64,000 bases of DNA from positions 1,824,112 to 1,888,111 of the forward strand of contig CAVYGN010000002.1 of NCBI GenBank assembly GCA_963768055.1, written 5' to 3'. Shown here piece by piece: positions 61,845-64,000 of the stretch. This DNA is from an uncultured Spirochaetota bacterium (lineage in GTDB: Bacteria > Spirochaetota > Brevinematia > Brevinematales > JAOACQ01). Under the pieces are notes generated by a model. It saw only the letters and a list, made by a program, of their open reading frames with translations. It did no database searches and was not told where the DNA came from. Position numbers and translations under genes: made by a program. The stretch's first letter is position 1. Each line of letters begins with the position of its first letter.

Positions 61845-62486
61845 ATGAACGGAATAAGAAGGGTTGCCAGGATCATGAAAAGTAAACCAACGATAGAGGG
61901 AGCAGGAGTCTATCTAAACAGAGTTTTCGGTTATTATGAGACTGCTAATCTTCCGGCGGGGAAGAAAATGGCCGATCCGAAATACCGTGATGTAAAGGCC
62001 GGGATGATCCCGGCCGTGAAAACAGGCCAGGGCGCCCTTATAAGGGTGATATGCGGATCTGTTGACAACGTAAGCGGTCCGGTAACTGACATATCGATAG
62101 AACCGGAATATCTCGATGTCACCATCCCTGCGGATACGGTTTTCAAACATGGCACGAGGGATAATCATACCGTTATTGCTTATGTCATCGAAGGAAATGC
62201 CTGTTTCGATGACAGGTACCAGGAAGAACATAAGATCGACAGTCCGAGATACTTCGATTTCGAGAAAAAGAACAGGGTGGACAACGGGCACCTGGTAGTA
62301 TTCGACAAGGGCGATGAGATAAATATCAAAACATATGATAACCCTGTAAGGTTCCTGCTCATTTCGGGAAAGCCTCTCAAAGAGCCGATTGCCTGGTATG
62401 GCCCGATCGTGATGAACACTGAGGAGGAACTTAATATAGCTTTTGATGAATACAGGAAAGGCACATTCATAAAAAAACGGAGTTGA
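61845..62486 (+). pseudogene. Pirin-family gene with an in-frame internal deletion
   Basis: EGAGV..RVFG joined directly to ANLPA..KM..PKY; HPH metal-binding segment absent; C-terminal EPIAWYGPIVMN intact. Confidence 0.8.
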
Positions 62487-62641
62487 AAATTCTTAAGGCA
62501 TTTTAAAAAATATTTGTGAAATGCTAAGGAATCTCTGAACCGGTCCGAAACAATATTTGCAAGGATGAAAACAAAGACGAAAATAAAAGACTAAAAAACT
62601 AAATAGGGATTCGGTATAAAAATTCAGTTTGTATAATTTCA

Positions 62642-62768
62642 GTTCAGCCTGAGAACCAGAAACAACCATCTGGCAAATGATCTGTATCAAGCATATCTGG
62701 TTCAACAATTGAAATCAAATATTGCTCCTTAGGCGTTTAAAAAAGTTAAAGCAGCCGGATCTCGACAT
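62642..62768 (+). pseudogene. Relic copy of the int1 5' region
   Basis: Direct repeat of about 17490-17616 with scattered mismatches and an in-frame TAG. Confidence 0.85.
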
Positions 62769-62791
62769 GGGCAGAAGATGATATTCCATAT

Positions 62792-63658
62792 TCAAATCGC
62801 TGCTGATCCCATTAATTTAGATAATATTGAAAAATTTTGCAGGACAATATTTTCACCGTTGGGAGTTTGCGCCTGTATCAATAGAGCCCTGGGCGAACGT
62901 TCCACCCAGAAATATGTGCTTTTCGAGAACGGCTCCATTAATTTTCCTATGAACGGATCCGAGGAAGTAAAACCCAGTTTATCAGTATTAAAATTTCCTG
63001 CCGGAGTTTTAACCGCCTCATTCCGGATAAATCGAAAATAGACCGGTATAGCGTCTTTTAAAACCGAAGGTTCGACAATATACAGCATTCCCGGAATATG
63101 GTAATTGATAAAACGCGCTCCGGTCAAAAGCACCGCGACCGATTCCCAGACAGGATATTTTGATTTGACGGCAACCCGGTTCTTTTGTTCTTTAAAGGAA
63201 ATGCCGTCCCAGGTTTTAATATCGTATTCGACAGTGCTTCCCGACGGGTTATATTGAAAATCAACCTGTGCAATACCTTTTCTATGTTGCTTTATAAGTT
63301 CGGGATAGTAATTCTTTTTGGCCTGTATCAGGTAGCCTGAATCTACCGAAATAGAAAAAAATTGAGAAAAATTGTTCTTAAAAAAGGCGTCCCATTTTTC
63401 CATGCTTTCCGGAAGTTCCAATCCCCAACGAGGCGAGTAGATATAAATTCGGACAATTTTCCCCCAGTAGGGATCGGACCCGCTCCGGGAATACATATAA
63501 AAATCGTAAATCTTTTCACCCCGGCTGTATGTGGTATATTTCAATACCTCTCCGTCAGGAATTTCGGGCTTTTCTGAAACAGCAGGAGGAATTAATTTCG
63601 TGCATGAAAAAAGAGCCGCAAGGGCAAATACGATAATAATCGATATTATTTTGAGCAT
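62792..63658 (-). CDS. Putative lipoprotein (DUF3108-like)
   Basis: MLKIISIIIVFALAALFSC lipobox; E.VKTPAGNF.T motif. Confidence 0.65.
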   Translation of the reverse strand: MLKIISIIIVFALAALFSCTKLIPPAVSEKPEIPDGEVLKYTTYSRGEKIYDFYMYSRSGSDPYWGKIVRIYIYSPRWGLELPESMEKWDAFFKNNFSQFFSISVDSGYLIQAKKNYYPELIKQHRKGIAQVDFQYNPSGSTVEYDIKTWDGISFKEQKNRVAVKSKYPVWESVAVLLTGARFINYHIPGMLYIVEPSVLKDAIPVYFRFIRNEAVKTPAGNFNTDKLGFTSSDPFIGKLMEPFSKSTYFWVERSPRALLIQAQTPNGENIVLQNFSILSKLMGSAAI

Positions 63659-63799
63659 CAAAAAATCCTTTTTCATTCGTTTTAGTGCATATAAAACTGC
63701 TTGCCTAACATTTCTTGAAATATCATCAACATAAGGTATAATTTTGTCTAAATATTTCGAATCCCCAAGATTGCCTATTGCTTGAATTGTTTCTGCAAC

Positions 63800-63957
63800 T
63801 GGCCTCTCCCCATTCTTTGGGCCAAATGTTAAGTTAGTCTTATCCCTCTTTAAGCCAAGAGCAGCTTGAGGAGCAGGCGGCCGGTAACCCAGCGAACTAT
63901 GCAGCCGTACATGATTATACTCCCTTCTCCATCTCTCGGTCAATACTTTTGCTTCAA
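63800..63957 (-). mobile_element. IS3 right-end fragment related to the element at 26715-27943
   Basis: IR TGGCCTCTCCCCATTCTTTGG and EAKVLTERWRREYN..R.HSSLGYRPPA tail. Confidence 0.85.
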
Positions 63958-64000
63958 CATACCTCACCTCAATATTTCCTCTTGTAGCATATACGCCATA

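Noticed and set aside
62792..63967. 391-aa ORF as a single gene
   Set aside because: Chance in-frame chimera of an IS3 tail, a HEAT-repeat-like fragment and a lipoprotein that starts at 63658.

Overview
Bacterial chromosomal window, most likely from a spirochaete (inferred from the spirochaete-type RNA polymerase omega subunit and the PilZ/HDOD-rich signalling repertoire). Bases 1-17.2 kb hold ordinary host genes: rpoZ, a PP2C phosphatase, a Ser/Thr kinase-FHA-VWA cluster, oxidoreductases, hpt, HDOD/EAL proteins, an alpha-oxoamine synthase and a flagellin-like protein with a lipoprotein-type signal. A large, partly decayed accessory region starts at tRNA-Ala(CGC) (17239-17310). It opens with two paralogous tyrosine integrases, a probable rolling-circle Rep and a dense ssDNA-type hairpin cluster. 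It appears to be divided into tandem modules by att-like junctions (cores at 17296, 46380, 49901, 59109) whose flanking repeats keep almost the same spacing. One module with no integrase carries a copper-resistance cluster. Within the first module, downstream of a third small tyrosine recombinase, lies a run of co-oriented, AT-rich, mostly single-gene units (30.6-42.7 kb). They are separated by recurring imperfect palindromes whose right halves are often sigma70 promoters. This looks like an integron-style cassette array but has no attC consensus and no IntI; it is the best candidate for an undescribed system. Also present are two IS3 elements, one IS21, IS and integrase relics, truncated defence genes and several frameshifts, some of which may be assembly errors. 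All calls come from reading the sequence by eye; no searches were run.
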